Positions 9,586 through 24,498 of a stretch of 64,000 nucleotides of DNA are shown in pieces (position 1 is the first letter of the stretch; each line of letters opens with the position of its first letter). The stretch comes from Podarcis liolepis (Eukaryota), in NCBI GenBank assembly GCA_965112155.1, contig OZ218106.1, one strand, 5' to 3'. The position numbers and the translations under genes are program-made. The notes below the pieces were generated by a model that saw nothing but the letters and a program-made list of their open reading frames with translations, was not told the DNA's origin and did not search any database.

Positions 9586-12500
9586 GTGGATGGCTTCAGA
9601 CTTGCATGGGGTTGGACCATGCCAGTTTTGTCCTCACATGGTTAACATCACATGAGAGGAAGAGCAGGGGTGCACATTCTGACCCTGGCCTCTTCGCCTC
9701 ATAGCCATCACCCAGTCTCATCACTTTTCATCTGTTGGAGCTCTGCAGCAGGAAGTCTGTTGTACTAATGTAGGCTCTGCAAATGACTAAGAGCCCTGCA
9801 CCATCAGGTTTCTAAATCACAAAGGGAGCCTAGGTGCGCTGAGCAAGCTCCATGCTGCTAATTTCACCCTCTGACACCAGAAGGACAATGGGGCTGGGCA
9901 AGAGGCAAGCACAGTCTCACACTCCCTTTCACACATTCGGCTCTGGGCACCTGCATAAGGGTTCAATTGATGAGAAAGTGCCGTGATTCACATGCACCTT
10001 CCATGGCATTGTCTAAAGAGGAAATGCATGTGTTTCCTTTGAGTTGACAGATGTCTGAGCTGGACCCACATCTGGTGCCTGTGCCTTTCGACACCCGGAA
10101 GATGGATGCGTTCCAGCTTCAGAGAGTCATAGTACAAGTGCACACAAAAAGCTGAGGTTCAAAGTCATGTGTTCAACTTTCAAACCGAGACCAAATTGGA
10201 CATTAAGGAAAAAATGTGAGGTCCCAACACTGTCTTTCCTTTATAATGCTGGTAGAGGGAGGGTGAATTTTCAGTTGAGAAATAATAGGTGGGAGAGGAT
10301 TCTTAACACTTTGCCAGATGCCAGACTTTCTCTGCAAATGTCCCTCCTTGGTGAGTTTAAATGTACTTTTGCTCAGCTGAGCTCAAAACCTAGAAGTGGG
10401 CAAAATGGTCTTTATGGGGCATTTGGAGGGCCAGATAATTAATGTGGCCAGATTACTACTGATTATTTTGGTCATGGTGTCACTGGGTGATAACAGGAAC
10501 GTTCTACTTTTCAGGCTATTTCACTATTTGTACCTTAAAATACTGTTCTGAAATTGAATGGAATAAAAGTCCAAAGAAAATACTGTTTCTGTGAGATGCC
10601 TTTATTTATGGACTGCCCTAGAACATTCTGCTGCCTGAAGGAAATGCAAATTGTCCCCTCTGCCGCCACCACCCAAGTTATTTTGGTATGTGGGCCAGAA
10701 AGTCATACAAATGTGAGTAAAAATACTACAACTACTACAATAGTAAACTAAAAAGTAACCTTTTGCTGACCTTTCATGACACCTTAAGTCCACTTCCTGA
10801 AGTGGCTGCCTCACTCTGCTAACCATGAGAGGAACAGAAAATATCATGAAGGTATTCTGTTACTGCTTAGCTATCTATAAATATTCTAAATGAATGAATA
10901 AAGTGCAGCCCTTATGGATAACTCCAATGGACATTGCACCCCCCCCTATTGTTTTGAAGTGCCTTCCTAGCCATATCTAAGCTGAATTCAGCGGGGTTCC
11001 CCCCCCCCCAAGTAAGTGGGGATGGCCTTGCAGCCATAGAGACTCTTCACCAATTATCATCATCACTTAAAAAAATCATCTATGAAGGAGCGGGTGGGAA
11101 ACAGGTGTTTTATATGAGCATAGTCTGCAAAGAATTAGGATAGGCTGTAGTTTTGCTGTGCATACACTTGAGAGCAAATTCAGATTTGCTGCTGTACAGC
11201 CCTAGTCCTATGATTTAACAGAGTGGGGTGTCCACCTCAGGCAGCTGATTTGGGTCATCATGAAATAGCTGCAAAACCTTAGCTATTTAATTTATTATTC
11301 TTGCATTTTTACTTCCGGAGAAAGTTCCTTTCTGGATTTTCTGCCTTAAAGGCTTCAATAACTTGTCTAGCCTTGGGTGATACATACTTTGGCTTAGGAC
11401 AGGAAACATTTGCTCCTCTGCCTCAGGTGACAGAATGTCTTGGACTCACCCAGTTGTGGTAGAATGTGTGAAACAACAACCTAATAAGATGTTGGTCCTT
11501 TGCAAAATTATGTTCCCTTTTGCATTGCTAGGCTTTCTTCAGACTTTTTGTTGCTTGGCCTTCAGAAGGAAGATTACAGAGTCTCTGGACTTTCATGGAG
11601 AGTGGCTTGGTTTTCCTCAGAACTCTTGTCAACAAAAAAATACTCTATAGCTATGAAATTTCACAACATTCCTCAACATTGATCATGCTGTTTTGGATTT
11701 CATCAGTTCCACTACAATGGAAATCAAGGGCATTGAGAGATACCCTCTTTATATATTAGAAATAAAAAACCCAGGTAACAATATATTTATCTCGCTCATT
11801 TTGAGTGTATTCAATGGGGATGGGCACATTTTCTCTTTTTCATCTGATCTCAGCTACAATTGTGTGTGTGGATGTACTTGTAGCAACTTCTCTGTCAGTT
11901 CCTTTCCCATTCAAGCTTCACCGAGTTAGATACATATGTGATCTCAACAACAGGTTATTTATCATGATGTTCGGTGATGGATGTTGTCGTGATTGCTTCC
12001 TATTCTTTCCTGACTGTAAAACTGAATTAGAAGCTACACCGTGGAAAGGGACACAATGCACATTGAAATGGCAGCTGGTGGGCTGTTGCTGGAGCCAATT
12101 CTGAGCCTTTTGCTGCTCACAACTTGTGTTTCTTGTCATCCTCTCCTCCACCCAGCACACATGCCAAAGAAAAAGCAAAAAAAGTACCAGGCATTAGCAC
12201 CAGCTGGTCTTGTTTCCCTTTAAACAGATATTCATTCTCCCTGCCATGCGTCTGAGTTGCTGAAATCTTCATCAATGCCGAAAGATTTCCATTTTCCCTT
12301 TCCATTACATTCAAATAGTTAGAAAACACTAGACACACACACACACCAGGTTTTATGTTCAATACCTTAGTCTGCTTTGGTATATTTATATAATATACTT
12401 TAGCTTTATCACTCACACTTACATGCACACAAACACTTCAGTGAGTAAAACCCAAGTTTAAAACTTCTGCATCTTTTCTCCAAAGTGACTAGTCTGCTGG

Positions 12501-13639
12501 GGAAGAATAAATCAATACCTGTTTACAACTCAAAGAGGTTTAAAAATAAGAAATCCTTTTCCTATTATGTATGTTTCCTGACACCACAGATGCTGCTAAT
12601 TGTTATGCACATTTCAGACAGAGAAAGGAAATCACAAGGGGAGCAGATCAAGACTGTGAAACATATAAAAAACATGGTGCACATTAAAAGCAGCAGTCAA
12701 AATCCCCCCCTTCTCCTTCCCTCCTTTGTATAGCCCCTTTTTGTTTGTGTTGAGTTTTTGTTTGTGTGTGTGCACACACACGTGCGCGTTACAGTGCTGA
12801 ATAACTTCAAGGATGATAACTCAAAAACTATTTCCAAGAAGGAAGTGAATACAGCAGTTCACTGTTCTATACATTCCAGTTTTTAAAACATATGGGGTGC
12901 TTAACCCCCCACCCCCCAAAAAAACACCCTTAAGTATTGGAACTTGGTATTTTGGCCCTTAATTTTCTTCACTTAAATATACAACTGATAAATGCATTCT
13001 GCTACATGTGTGTATTTGTCTATCTACATGATTGTCCTGAGGGATATTACAGATGATGACCAGTTTATTAATTTCCAACCCTTCTGCAAGAATCTAAAAC
13101 CCCAAACTAAAACAGCCCTCTGCTGAGATGCTCTTTTGCATTTTGTCAAGGAGACAGCAACGGAGCATGGTCTCTTCACCTTTCCCCGTTTTCCCATTGA
13201 AATGACCTTTTCATTTGAGCATCGCAAATTGAAATGTATATCTGAGCCCTGTGAGATTTTTAGACAGCTGTTTTATGCTACATTTGAGTAGCAAAGAATC
13301 CCTCTGTTCCACACATTCATTACTTATAATTGAAAGCACATTTCCTTGAACTCCTTCGATGTCCAGAGCTTCTTAAATGGAATGCTACTTGCTCACTTTT
13401 TAAATACAGTGTTAACTTTCCCTGCATGCTTAATGATCTGCATTATTTATGTACCTTCAGGGGAAGGTGCATAAACTGATGCAAGGGGAGTGGTCCCCAG
13501 TTGCTGCAACTGCTCCATAGAGCACAAACCTGGGAATAGCTGCATAGATGCTATATTAGTGTGCGTAGGTCTCCAGAGCTATAGAATCTACTGTTATCTT
13601 TCACAATAAAGAGTTAACTTTCTGCCATGTGCATTCCTT

Positions 13640-14600
13640 GGCTGAGAAGCATCCTTGACACCAGGACAGAACCCTGTGCCACCCTACTTGTCACTTTTTT
13701 CAGGATGATGAGGAACCATCAGTGAGCACTCTTTAGGTTCGGTCAGTCATAAATCCACCTAACAGTTAGCTCATCTGCCCACATTTTACCAGCTTCTCTG
13801 CAAGAATATCAAGTGAGACTGACAAAAGCCTTACAGAAACCAAGATAAACTGCATTCGCAGCATTCCCCTGATCCACCAAGTTTGTAACTCTATCAAAAA
13901 GAGAAGTGTGATTTGTCTGGATGACTTGTTTTTGAGAAACCCGTGCTGGGATGTAGTAATCACATCATCCTTTTCTAAGTCCTCAAATACCAACTGTTTC
14001 GTGATCTGTTCTAGGACCTTTTCTGTAATGATGTCAAGCTGACTAGCCAGTAGTTACCTGGGTCTTTTTCAACCAAGGGATTTCACCCAGTAATTCCTTG
14101 AGCTTTTGAAAATCAACCTTCCTTGCTTTGTGTATAATGGAATCCCAAGAGGACAAGATCACTTCCTTCCAAGGTTGCCAGTACTTCCACTTTGTCAATC
14201 AGTTCCTTCAAAGTTCCTTCTTGTTGGTGATGATCAGGTCCAAGATGCTGTATATGATCTCCTTTTTCCACCTTCTGGGGAATGAAATTGTCAATGAGTT
14301 TGAGTTTAAACAGATATTGGGGTAGATGAAGTCTCCCATGACTTCTATACATCTCATTTTTGAATGTTTGGTCATTTCTCTAAGAAGGAATCATCCAAGT
14401 CTTCAGTCATGCTTGGCAGTCTACAGCAGACACCCACAGTAAGGTCACTGTTGTTTCCCCTCCCATATTTTTACCAGCACCATGTCTTGCACAGGACTGC
14501 TTTTTATGCATGGGTGTGCAGCCATCTTCTTTGAATATGTAAATGACTATCTAGAGTCTAGTTGGGAGTCAGCTTCATGTCTTCAGTCATTATATTTACA
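13640..14600 (-). mobile_element. CR1 LINE ORF2 internal fragments (endonuclease end and RT start), internally deleted and frameshifted
   Basis: Minus-strand peptides VITTSQHGFLKNKS (CR1 RT) and DNFIPQKVEKG...ELIDKVEVLATLEGSD (CR1 endonuclease C-terminus). Confidence 0.85.
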
Positions 14601-17600
14601 CAATTTTGCAGACGGTATGAGGGGACCTGCAGAAGACATCTCATATCTTGCAAACATAATGCAAAAACAAAGCCTCAATAGCTATTGATCTGAAGAACAG
14701 AATTCTGATCAGCTAGGATCTGCAGCCCGTGGAAAGGCTGAATGACTAGGGCTATGCTCAATTTTATTGAACTCTTCTAATTTCTTCCCTTCTTCCCTTT
14801 TAACTTTCTGTTTGCTTTCCTAATTATTGCCAGGTACAAAGCTGATGGTTTCAATTTGGGGTTCTTCATCACTGCCAGATCTTTCTTCTCTTTCCAATTG
14901 GCATCTGGAATCTGATTTATTAGTTAACTTGGGGAAAAACACATACTTTTGCATTATTAATCCATCCAACTTGGGCTTCTTTGTTTTTAAAGGAAGTTTT
15001 AGGCAAAAGGCAACAAGACCTTATTCTCTTGCATGTGATATACTTTGTCCTTAAAAAAAGGAGGATTCACGTGTCATCAACCACAACAAAAAAATGGTCT
15101 GATTTTCCAATGGAAAGTATTCTTTGTGCTGGTCTGTTGGTAGGGATCACAAAGATTTGAAGAAAGGTGAAACATGTAATCAGATGGAAGACTTGGAAAA
15201 GATAGCAAAAGAACAAACATGTCATTTTGCAAGCTTCATGCTGTAAGCTGTCTGTACATGTTTAAAATTTAAAGCAAGGGAACAAAACATTCAGAACACA
15301 GAAATAGTAGCAAGCATACTATTCTGTAAAGACAAGACAGCTGGGGACAGCAGTTCCAAAGCTATAATCTTCCCCAAGTATATCTAAAACAGTGTACTCG
15401 TTTTTTGGCTTTGACATTAACAAAGTGTAACAGTGATTCACTAAAAGTCTAGGCTTTGTTCTGAACTTCATTCAGCAGATTTTGCTTCATAGTGACAACA
15501 CAAGAAAGCAGTGTGCACAGAATATCAATCAGATAGTGACTTGGCACTTCTCATAATAGCTCAGAGATAAAAAATACTAAATTATAAACATATCCACTTT
15601 TGAAGAGCACAACCGATGCAGTTTTTCAGCATGGCTGCTTGAATTCAACCTTGTTCATGAAAAAATAACCATCTACCAGTTCTCAGATTTCATCAAATTC
15701 AGTCAAGGATATGGTCCTGCACTTAGTTCTGAGCTGCCTTCTAAATCTTAAACCCAAGTTCTTTGAATTCATGCTCAGAATATTTCAGCAGGTAACCACC
15801 TTGAGCAAGGTTTGTTCTGCCCTCAGATGTTAAAACTTTCATGCTTCTACTGGATTCTGGTTAGCCTTCAGCCAGAATCTCATAGTCATGCCCATGACAT
15901 TCTCATTGAAATAGTTCATAGTCAGGCCCAAGCAGCTACTTCGTCTTGAAGTATAGAATTTGATTACTTCTAGAATACATACAGCTCATCAGTCAACATA
16001 TTTTTCCTTCGTTCACAAACATTCCCATGGAGAAAGTCCTTCCAGAAAGAATCAACACCTCCTTTTACCTCTTTTCTCTTTCTTGCTGTATTATGTTCTT
16101 TGAACTCATCTGACCTTCTCCTATTTTGGGTTGCTAGCATGTTTGATGGTTCTGAGCTGGAAGCAGATTTAAAACTGTGGTACTCAGGGCTTCACCCTCA
16201 GAGCCTCAGGACTCTTCTTCAAGCCCCATCCTTCTGCAAGATACACCCTTCACTGGCCCTGCTCCATGCCCTCCTTGAGAGCTTCTGCCTGGCTGGGATG
16301 GCTTGAAAATTATAATCCCTGGAGAGAAAGGTGCAGGGTAAGGTATTGAAACTGCTGGATTTTGTAGCCTTTGCCTCTCGCCCCATCGACCAATGGCAAG
16401 TGGTCCCTAATGGAATGGGGGGGGGTCCTCTGCCCTAAAAAAACAACAGAAATAAAAGGGAATGGGGAGTGCTTATCATAGAAAGAATATTGACCTCTTT
16501 GTTGTTACCCCTTTCCCCCAGTCTCTGAATGTGAATTACTGTTGGTTTTGTAAAAAGAGGAGGGGATGAGGCTATCCCAACTGACTTCTCTAATAGAATA
16601 CAGTAATCCCTGATCTTACACAAGGGTCTGATGTCAAGGGTAACATATACAGGTGTCCCCCCTACCACTTATGCATGATTAACTCTCATACGACCGTGTA
16701 TACATGTGGTGCCAGGAAATAAATCAGTGATTCAATTCAAACCTGGAAATGGCGTGGGAAAGCTGGAAAGTCCCCATGACTCACAAGGAGACCCTCCCCA
16801 AGGCCTAAAGAGGACATCAGTGAGGCTGAGGAAGCCACAAAGAGACTGGAGGTGCATCAGGGCTTTGTTTAGGCTGCTCAGCCTCCCTGCCTAACAGGTG
16901 ATGCACATGGTGGTGCCACAGCAATAACCACTTTGCCGCGCATACTCCAGGCTCCAGAGCTGTGGATAATTTTGCATGCAGGGTTTTTGGTCTGGATTGG
17001 AGAGAGAGCAGCAGAGAGGGCAATTAATGGGTGTTTAGGGGGTGCTCCCCACTTATGTGATTTCTACTTACATGCACAGAGACCCAGAATGTAACCCCTG
17101 TGTAAATCAGGGAACACATATACATGCAAAAATCATTTGTGGTCAAACCCTTGGAGGCAGTTAGTGGGTGAAGGTGAGGAAAAGAGCATACCTGGCAATC
17201 CCAGAGATGGAGCAGCAAGCAAGGCGAAGAGCTTTAAGGCTCTTTTTGCATTGAAGCCACTTGGGTTAGCTGGCATGAAAGAGCAGTCAGCAGATTTTGA
17301 GCAATCAGCCTTGTTTGGGCACAAGGCAAGCTCAACATGCCAGCTCTGGAAGGCTAAGGATACTCACGCAATATCTCATGGGAAGGTACATTGAAGACAT
17401 GGAAGGAGACATGAAAGTTTTATCTGTGAGTGGTTGGTTTTTCACCTGTGATGGGCCACTCACATGTGCAAGTCATTGCTTGATGTTGCAGCCATCAAGC
17501 GATGGCCATGCTTGTGTGAACAGTGAATCAGGCAGGCCTTTGCATTCCATATTTTCAGAACAACCACAATGAGGTCAGCACCCTAACACTGAGTCTAGCT

Positions 17601-18774
17601 ACTAAGTTTTTTGCTTCCCCACACTGCCCCTGCATATATTTCATTGCCCGGACTCATTAAAATGTGAATGTCATTTCAAATCTAGAATACTAGGCACTTA
17701 CAATCTGTTTTGCCACACACAAATAAAAAGCCTTGCCCTTGAAATCCTGTGAGACTGAAAGCTTTTATTTTTTCCTGATAACAAGAGTAATTGGTGCCAC
17801 CCATGGAACTCTCTGGCGAGACTTGTAGGGATAAGGAAAAAGATAAAACATTCTACTTAATAATAAAAAACATACTTGGAATGTAATGAAAAACATGATT
17901 ATCACGGATACTGTACAGATAATTTACAACATAAGCAAAAATGTGTACATCATCTCTCTTTGTTGTTGTTTGGGACAAAATTTAAATAAACTGCATTTTC
18001 AAAGGAGTAATTGGTTACAGAGTGACAAGGAATCACTTTTCCCCCTTTTCTTCTCTTCATTTAATTGTGGGAAACTGCTGGGGAAATGTAGGTGTCAATG
18101 TCTGCCTAACAACACTAGGGCATGATTCTAAAAACCTGCTTTTGCAATGTCTGTGACTCCAAGGGTTAAAGTCCTTAATTTTGCCAGTTTTATTGACAGC
18201 TCCTTTGAACGTGAATAGGCAGCATTATTTGGTGGAAAGGAGGAGATGGGATCAGAAACAGTACGAGGTTCCACTTTCAAATGAACTGCGCTGGGATGAA
18301 TCTCCAGACTGCTAACGTCCTCTCTGTGGTTAAGCATCATTAAAAAGAAGTCATGTCTGTGTGAAAGGCAGCAGCAGCAGTGGGAGGGAAGCTGGCTGAA
18401 TACTCAGCAGCAGATTCCATTCCCATAGATATGGAAATAGAAAGAAAACATGACACAGGATGTTGTGGGCTACTCAGATGATTTGAGGCTGCTCAATTCA
18501 CAGGACTGTGGGCTCTGGTCTTCTAATAATATGCACTTAGAATGTATTTATCAGGAAGTCCATTTTGCCAAAAACATGAGCTGCCAATCTGCTTCTGCTT
18601 GCCACTGTCATAATATTATGATATTATGACAGTTTGGAATGTATTCTGTATGTAGTAAAACAGATGCACACTAAGAAGCTTCTTACATTTTTTTGTGGGG
18701 GGGGCACACACACTATCAGTTTGTTGTTCTTCAGGAACAAAAACAATGGGTCTGGTCACTTCTACACCATTAGC

Positions 18775-18878
18775 AGGCAGATTGCTGTCCCAGGATCCCA
18801 GAAAGCATGGCTAATGACCAGGGATAGTGAGAGTTGTAGGTCAGCAGCATCTGGAGGACCAAATGTTCCCCACACTTG
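18775..18878. mobile_element. URR1-like hAT MITE remnant
   Basis: GAGAGTTGTAGG...CATCTGGAGGACC...GTTCCCCAC terminus shared with copies at ~43885, ~46013 and ~60860. Confidence 0.5.
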
Positions 18879-20276
18879 ATGTAATGTACGCTTCATCCCA
18901 TGTTCCTGCCCTATGCTTTCTTTTCCTTACTTTCCTATCTTGATCTGAAGGGGGCTACTTTGCTTGCAGTCAATACTATAGCTTGAGCACAACCCAGCAG
19001 CAAAGCATAATGTGCTGTTCTTAAGCATACCTAATTCTGGGTGCATTCGGATGTTGGGAATATTGTGTTCACTTTCCTAATTATAAAGTTAGCTCCTCTG
19101 TCCCATTTTCTGATATTCCTTTCACACTGCAGTACCTTTTTGTGTTGTAGAACTGCAGCTTTTTAACTCATATTTCATGCTAAATTTCATTCACACCAGT
19201 AGGTGTGGTATGACACAACAATGAAGGACATCAGACCACATTGATACTCCTCCTCCATTTTCACACATGCATGTTTCTGCTCCCCCATGGTTGCCCCATA
19301 AAAACAGCAGGAAGGAACCTTATGCCGGTATACCACCCCAAATATTGTCATTTTACTCCCATAATCTTCTGGGTTAAGGGGGCTGCAAATGATTTTTTTT
19401 TCTGGAACAAAACAACAAGGACATCAGTGCTAAACATGCACTATATTCTATTAGCATTCCACAAGTGGCTTTTACATTGCATGAAAGTTCAAATATAATG
19501 CAGAAATTTACAGTTGGGGAAATGAAATAAACTGCCATGTGAATGCAGCTTATGTGAAGGAATGTGGCATTAAGGGGTTTTGAAAGCATTAAAGAAAGCA
19601 AACAGATAACACCTCTTCTACATTCATCATTGGAGATGCTGGGGGTGAGGTGCAGGATCACGATAGAGGCATACAAAGTTGAAATTTTGCAGCCACATTT
19701 GAGTTAGGTGAATTTTGCTTTATAATTTTTCCTACCAAATTCATTCATCTGCACTTTGGATCTATTCTGTTGGAAGTATAAATAATGCAGACCATTTTGT
19801 GACATCTTTGGCACTTTGTTGCTCTGAAAACACAGCCAACAAGCATCAACTTTCTGCACGGCAGACATAATTGTTTTTGTTGCTATTCTTCTCATCATCA
19901 TATGCACAGGGCAGCTTCACATCTGTACAGGCATATTGCCTTATTTATTCCACCTAAGTAACTGGAATAAATATCACTTGAATACATTGCCCAAAATAAA
20001 TGATCTAATTGCAGTCACTAAGCTGTTTTTCCTGTTCCCTTGCAGAAATACCCTTTTAAAGTCATCAATGGTCAAACTTTAGGTTACTACCCAGCTTGTC
20101 TCTTTAGGTATATGTCAGTGCTTCAGGGACCCCAATATGATATCCTGGTGTTCTACTGACTGCAATTCCTCATGCTGAATCAGAGACCACTCCTAAGATT
20201 ATCCTAAGTTTCGAGAGCAATTTGTCAGCTGTCAGATGGAACTGCTCTTGGAAGAGGGTCCACAGAGTTAGAAGGG

Positions 20277-20520
20277 CCAGGGACAGCTCAAGACATTTGG
20301 GCACCTGAGGCAAACCACAAAATGGCACTCCCTACCCACCAGAAAGAAGGGGTGAGTGAAGACCTACATTGGGAACAAGAGGGGAATAACGATCTAAACT
20401 GGAAACAAGAGGGAAGTGCAGTGGCAACAACAGCAGATGAAGCATTCCTTGGATCTGCTCCCCCTGTGGATCCTGCCACCTAAGGTGGCCACTTCACGTT
20501 GCTCATTGGTGAGCCAGGCC
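20277..20520. mobile_element. Degenerate hAT-Tip100-like MITE
   Basis: CAGGGACAGCTC...GCACCTGAGGC start and GCCACCTAAGGTGG...GAGCCAGGCC end; internal GGAACAAGAGGG duplication. Confidence 0.4.
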
Positions 20521-20929
20521 ATTTCACATGCATATTTCTCCACACAACCTTTGGATCATACGTTTGATTTTGAAAAAAAGAGTTTTCAAGAACATAAACA
20601 AGATGCATTTTAAGCTAATGAAAAAAGGAAACCAGTGGCAGTTGGGGGTCACTGGACCTGGGGGTGGGCTTGGTCACTGAGAAACTCTCATAGGCAGGAC
20701 CAAGAAGGTCAAGCTAGGATGTATGGGAAAATGAAATCAAGCCAAAGTTTCTATCACTGACAGTGGCCAACTTGATGCATTTGGACAGCTTACAAACAGA
20801 GCATAATGTTGACCATTGTTCCCTATGGTTCATCCAAGGCTTTTAAAGGTAAACACAAATATGCTTTTTCTTATTGGAGCCCTTTCTAGCTGCCATGGCT
20901 AGTAGCCATAATGATATATATCTTTAATG

Positions 20930-21155
20930 AATTTATTTATATTTATTACTTCTATATACTCTCCTTCCCCCAAACAGTTCAAGAAAATGTGCATGCTAAT
21001 CCTCCCCTACGTTCATTTTACCCTTAAAACAATGCTGTGAGGTATGTCAGGATAAGAAGGTAGTGACTATTCCAAGGTCACCCAATGAGCTTGTTCTTCA
21101 TGGCTGAGTTGGGATTCGAACCTGGGTTTGTCCAGTCTAAGCCTGTCACTCTGAC
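20930..21155 (-). mobile_element. CORE/MIR-like (Squam2-like) SINE
   Basis: AACAATGCTGTGAGGTA...GTGACTATTCCAAGGTCACCCA core followed by the reverse B-box GGGATTCGAACC. Confidence 0.65.
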
Positions 21156-24100
21156 CAGGGCACTTCATTACACTTTGATAAGCCCCCTGTGCTACTGGCT
21201 GACCATTATGACAGAAAGTACTTTTGTCTTTCATAACCCACTTCTAATCACCTTCACTGAAAAAAATCCAAATTCAGGAATTCGTCCCTGTGAAATTACT
21301 AAATTGCACTCTTACTGGTACTCTGGTTACAATAAACCCTTTCCACATGGCCTTTAGTCACTCATGCATGTGATGTCCATTACAAACTACACTACTAATG
21401 CACTGGAGAAAGAAAGAGGAAGTACGCCATGCACACACTTACATAATTTTTGGTGAAAGCAAGCCACAATGACTTTTAAATTAATCCCAACACTAGGCAA
21501 ACAGTAGTATGGGACATATATGTTGGTTGGAATTCTGGCAGCAGAAGCATTCTGCTTGCCCAGCTGAATGGCCTTTCCTCCTTCTCCATACACATACATA
21601 CACACTGTTCTGGGAGATCTCCCAACCCTTCTGAGAAAATTTGGAGAATACACAGAGGTGACAGGGGGAGAAGCATATTGCCCTAGCAGGAGTCCTTGAG
21701 CTAGTGGAACAGGGTAGCTGAATCTGGCCTGCTAGCAGTGAATGTTGTCAAGGTACATAACACATCTTTACAGCCTCAGGGGGTGACATTCCACTGTGGC
21801 AACCCATTTGCACAATATGTGCAATATTTCTAGTCTTGTTCATAGTTTAGGGCAACAGCTGAACCCTAATCTTGAGCTTGCAAGCAATGTTGTGCAACCC
21901 CTAGCACTACTACTACTACTCTCAGTGGCAGTTAAGTCTGTGCACTACCACTTGCTCAAATACTTGCGCAACTCTGACTCCTTGCACTAATGTTTCACTG
22001 GATTTTACTTAGTGGGTCCGGACCTGTAAACTGCCCAGATAGATATTACCTGAATGTATGAAGTTGATTAATATTTACTTATCTGGCCCACTGGTCTGTC
22101 TAGTCTAGGATTGTCAATTCTGGTTGGTAGTTGCTCTCCGCGATTGCTCTCCAAGATTTTTCTCAGCTCCACCAGCTTTTAACTAGAGAAGTTGGTAACT
22201 AAGCCTCCATGTACAACATGAACTCTGCCTCTGAGACCAGAACTAGACAATCACATGAAAAGTGTGATTACATTTCATATATTTGTTGTTATTCAAAATG
22301 AAAATAACAACCAGATCATGTCCCTCTCGCCCCACCACACAAGCACACACATACGCCATAGTCCTCCCCTACCAAGCTGCTATTTGCCCTGGGAGTGGGG
22401 CAGAAGTTTCCCTAAGTTGTTTCTTGGAGCTTTCCTCCCATGAGGGAACAGTGGCTTCCTTGAGATCACAGCATGGAAGAAAGGTTTAAATCCTGCCTCC
22501 CAATACAAGTGGTGGCTGCCCCCACAGATTCAAGTGCCCCCCTTTCTAGGGCTGCTATTTTTGTTCAAAAACAGCAGATGCAAAATAAAATATGCACTTC
22601 ACGTATCATTTAGCTTGGCCCTGCGCTATGACTGACAACCATATGCAAAGCTGTTGAAGGAACAGTGGGGAGGATCTATGGTAAAATGCATTCAAATTTT
22701 CAAAATAACTGACTGACTATTTGAAAAGAGGGAGCCTAAAATCATACAAGCCAAAAAAAGAAATCCTTTTTTCCCCCAACCTGTAATCATCTGCTTACAA
22801 CGTCTCGGGATTCACAGTGCATCAGCTATTAACCATACCATGATCAGATTTGGGCCACATCTGTGTTCAAGTATTATTATTATATTATTATATCATTCAA
22901 GCTGAAATGGATGCATGTCAAGAGGAAATACTGGGCCTCATGAACCAAATTCTAGTTGGGTGTATGAGTTCGCAATGCAGAATTGTGTTTTTAAACTATC
23001 ATGTTAACAAAAGTTTGCTGTACTTGATGGGTTGGATCCAACCTCTGTTTGCAGAAGGGGCTGAGATCCAGTGGAGACAACTGTTGGTGGAAGAAAATGT
23101 TATCTACCAGTTCCCCATTTCATCCCTTTCACACTGTGCTAGCAGAACTCCCAACCCTCTGGGTCATTTTTTCAAGGGTCAATTGGGCCAGGGTGGGGTT
23201 AAGCAGTTGACAATAATTCCTTTCCCCCTCCTTTCTCTGGTAGCAGGGTCTACACATGGAAACTCTATTTTCAACTCATTGCGCTTAATTGCCACCAAGC
23301 ACAGCAACATCTTTGGATAGATTTTGCAACAGAAGAAAGCATTATAGAAGAAATGACAATTTTTTAAAAGAAAAAATAGCAATTTCAATCACGACTTTGT
23401 ACCCAATATCCCTATGCAGATGAGACAGCAAAATCAAACCAGTATCCCAGCTCTTCAGGTAGAGATGAGGTACCACGCTGTTTCATTTTGACAGAAAACA
23501 GCACTTTTCTATTTTTAGTGGCAAGTGTCTTTAAATGAATCATTAACATTGGAAAGCTGATGTGAACCGAGCTGAAAAGCATACTAAAATGTGCCTCAGG
23601 CATGTTTTTAAATTAAACAGATTATTTTCTCATCCTCATTTTCTCTAGTGTCTGGCAGTTATGGATGAAGTGATAAAGGAATTGTCGCTAAATTCTTTAA
23701 AAAGAAGGAGGGAAAAAAACCTGGCCACTAAAGCAATAATGTGAAACTCTGCTCTGTAGCTATGCATTGCCATCTCAAATCCCCCCCCCCAATTCCATGC
23801 TTTGTCTAGGGCGCTATTTCACAGCAAAGGGTGATGATGAAGAGATAATAGACCCTCTGAGGAATGGGGGAACCCTAAGAATGCCCTTTCTACAGTACTA
23901 GTCCTTTTTAATTTCATGGCTGTTGTATTATTGCATAGAGTTCTCACCACCGGCCATTGATTACGCTCACAGGAGTGTACCATTAATACTGGTCACTCCT
24001 GTATGCAAAACAATAAGCACACACATTCTGCCTAAAACTGAGCAGCTCCTGTGGGTCATTTGAGTGTGTTTCTTTTCTTATTACATGAAGTTTGAATTCA

Positions 24101-24164
24101 TAGCAATGTGGCAGATCTGTCTCAGGTCAAAGTTTGGGTTTCACCACAGCAAACACCTCAGCCA

Positions 24165-24265
24165 TTGTTGTTTGTTGTTGTTAATTCGACTCTCCGTGAC
24201 CTCATGGGACAGAGCACACCAGGCACTCCTGTCTTCCACTGCCTCCTGCAGTTTGGTCAAACTCA
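24165..24265 (-). mobile_element. RTE/BovB LINE 3' end
   Basis: (TTG)n tail followed by CGACTCTCCGTGACCTCATGG...CCAGGCACTCCTGTCTTCCACTGCCTCC, the reverse of the BovB-type 3' terminus. Confidence 0.7.
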
Positions 24266-24332
24266 GCCATGGAGTGACTCAAATGATGTAAGAAACTGAC
24301 CAAGCTTTCAAGCTGGCCAGAGCTTTTCACCT

Positions 24333-24498
24333 GGGGAAGGACTGAAGCTCAGTGGTGGAGCTCATGTTTTGTATGCAGAAGGTCCAAAGACTTGGAAAAG
24401 ACCCTTTGCTTGATGCCCACAGAGCCACTGTCAACCAGTGTGGATAACACTGAACTAGATGGTCTGATTCAGTCTATGGCAGCTACCTATGTTCCTAT
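24333..24498 (+). mobile_element. tRNA-derived SINE (Squam3-like)
   Basis: A-box AGCTCAGTGGTGGAGC; body AGAGCCACTGTCAACCAGTGTGGATAACACTGA; tail GGCAGCTACCTATGTTCCTAT. Confidence 0.6.

Noticed and set aside
14830-16060. Possible decayed transposase or other coding remnant
   Set aside because: The frames I translated were interrupted by stops, with no diagnostic motif; needs tBLASTx or an HMM search.
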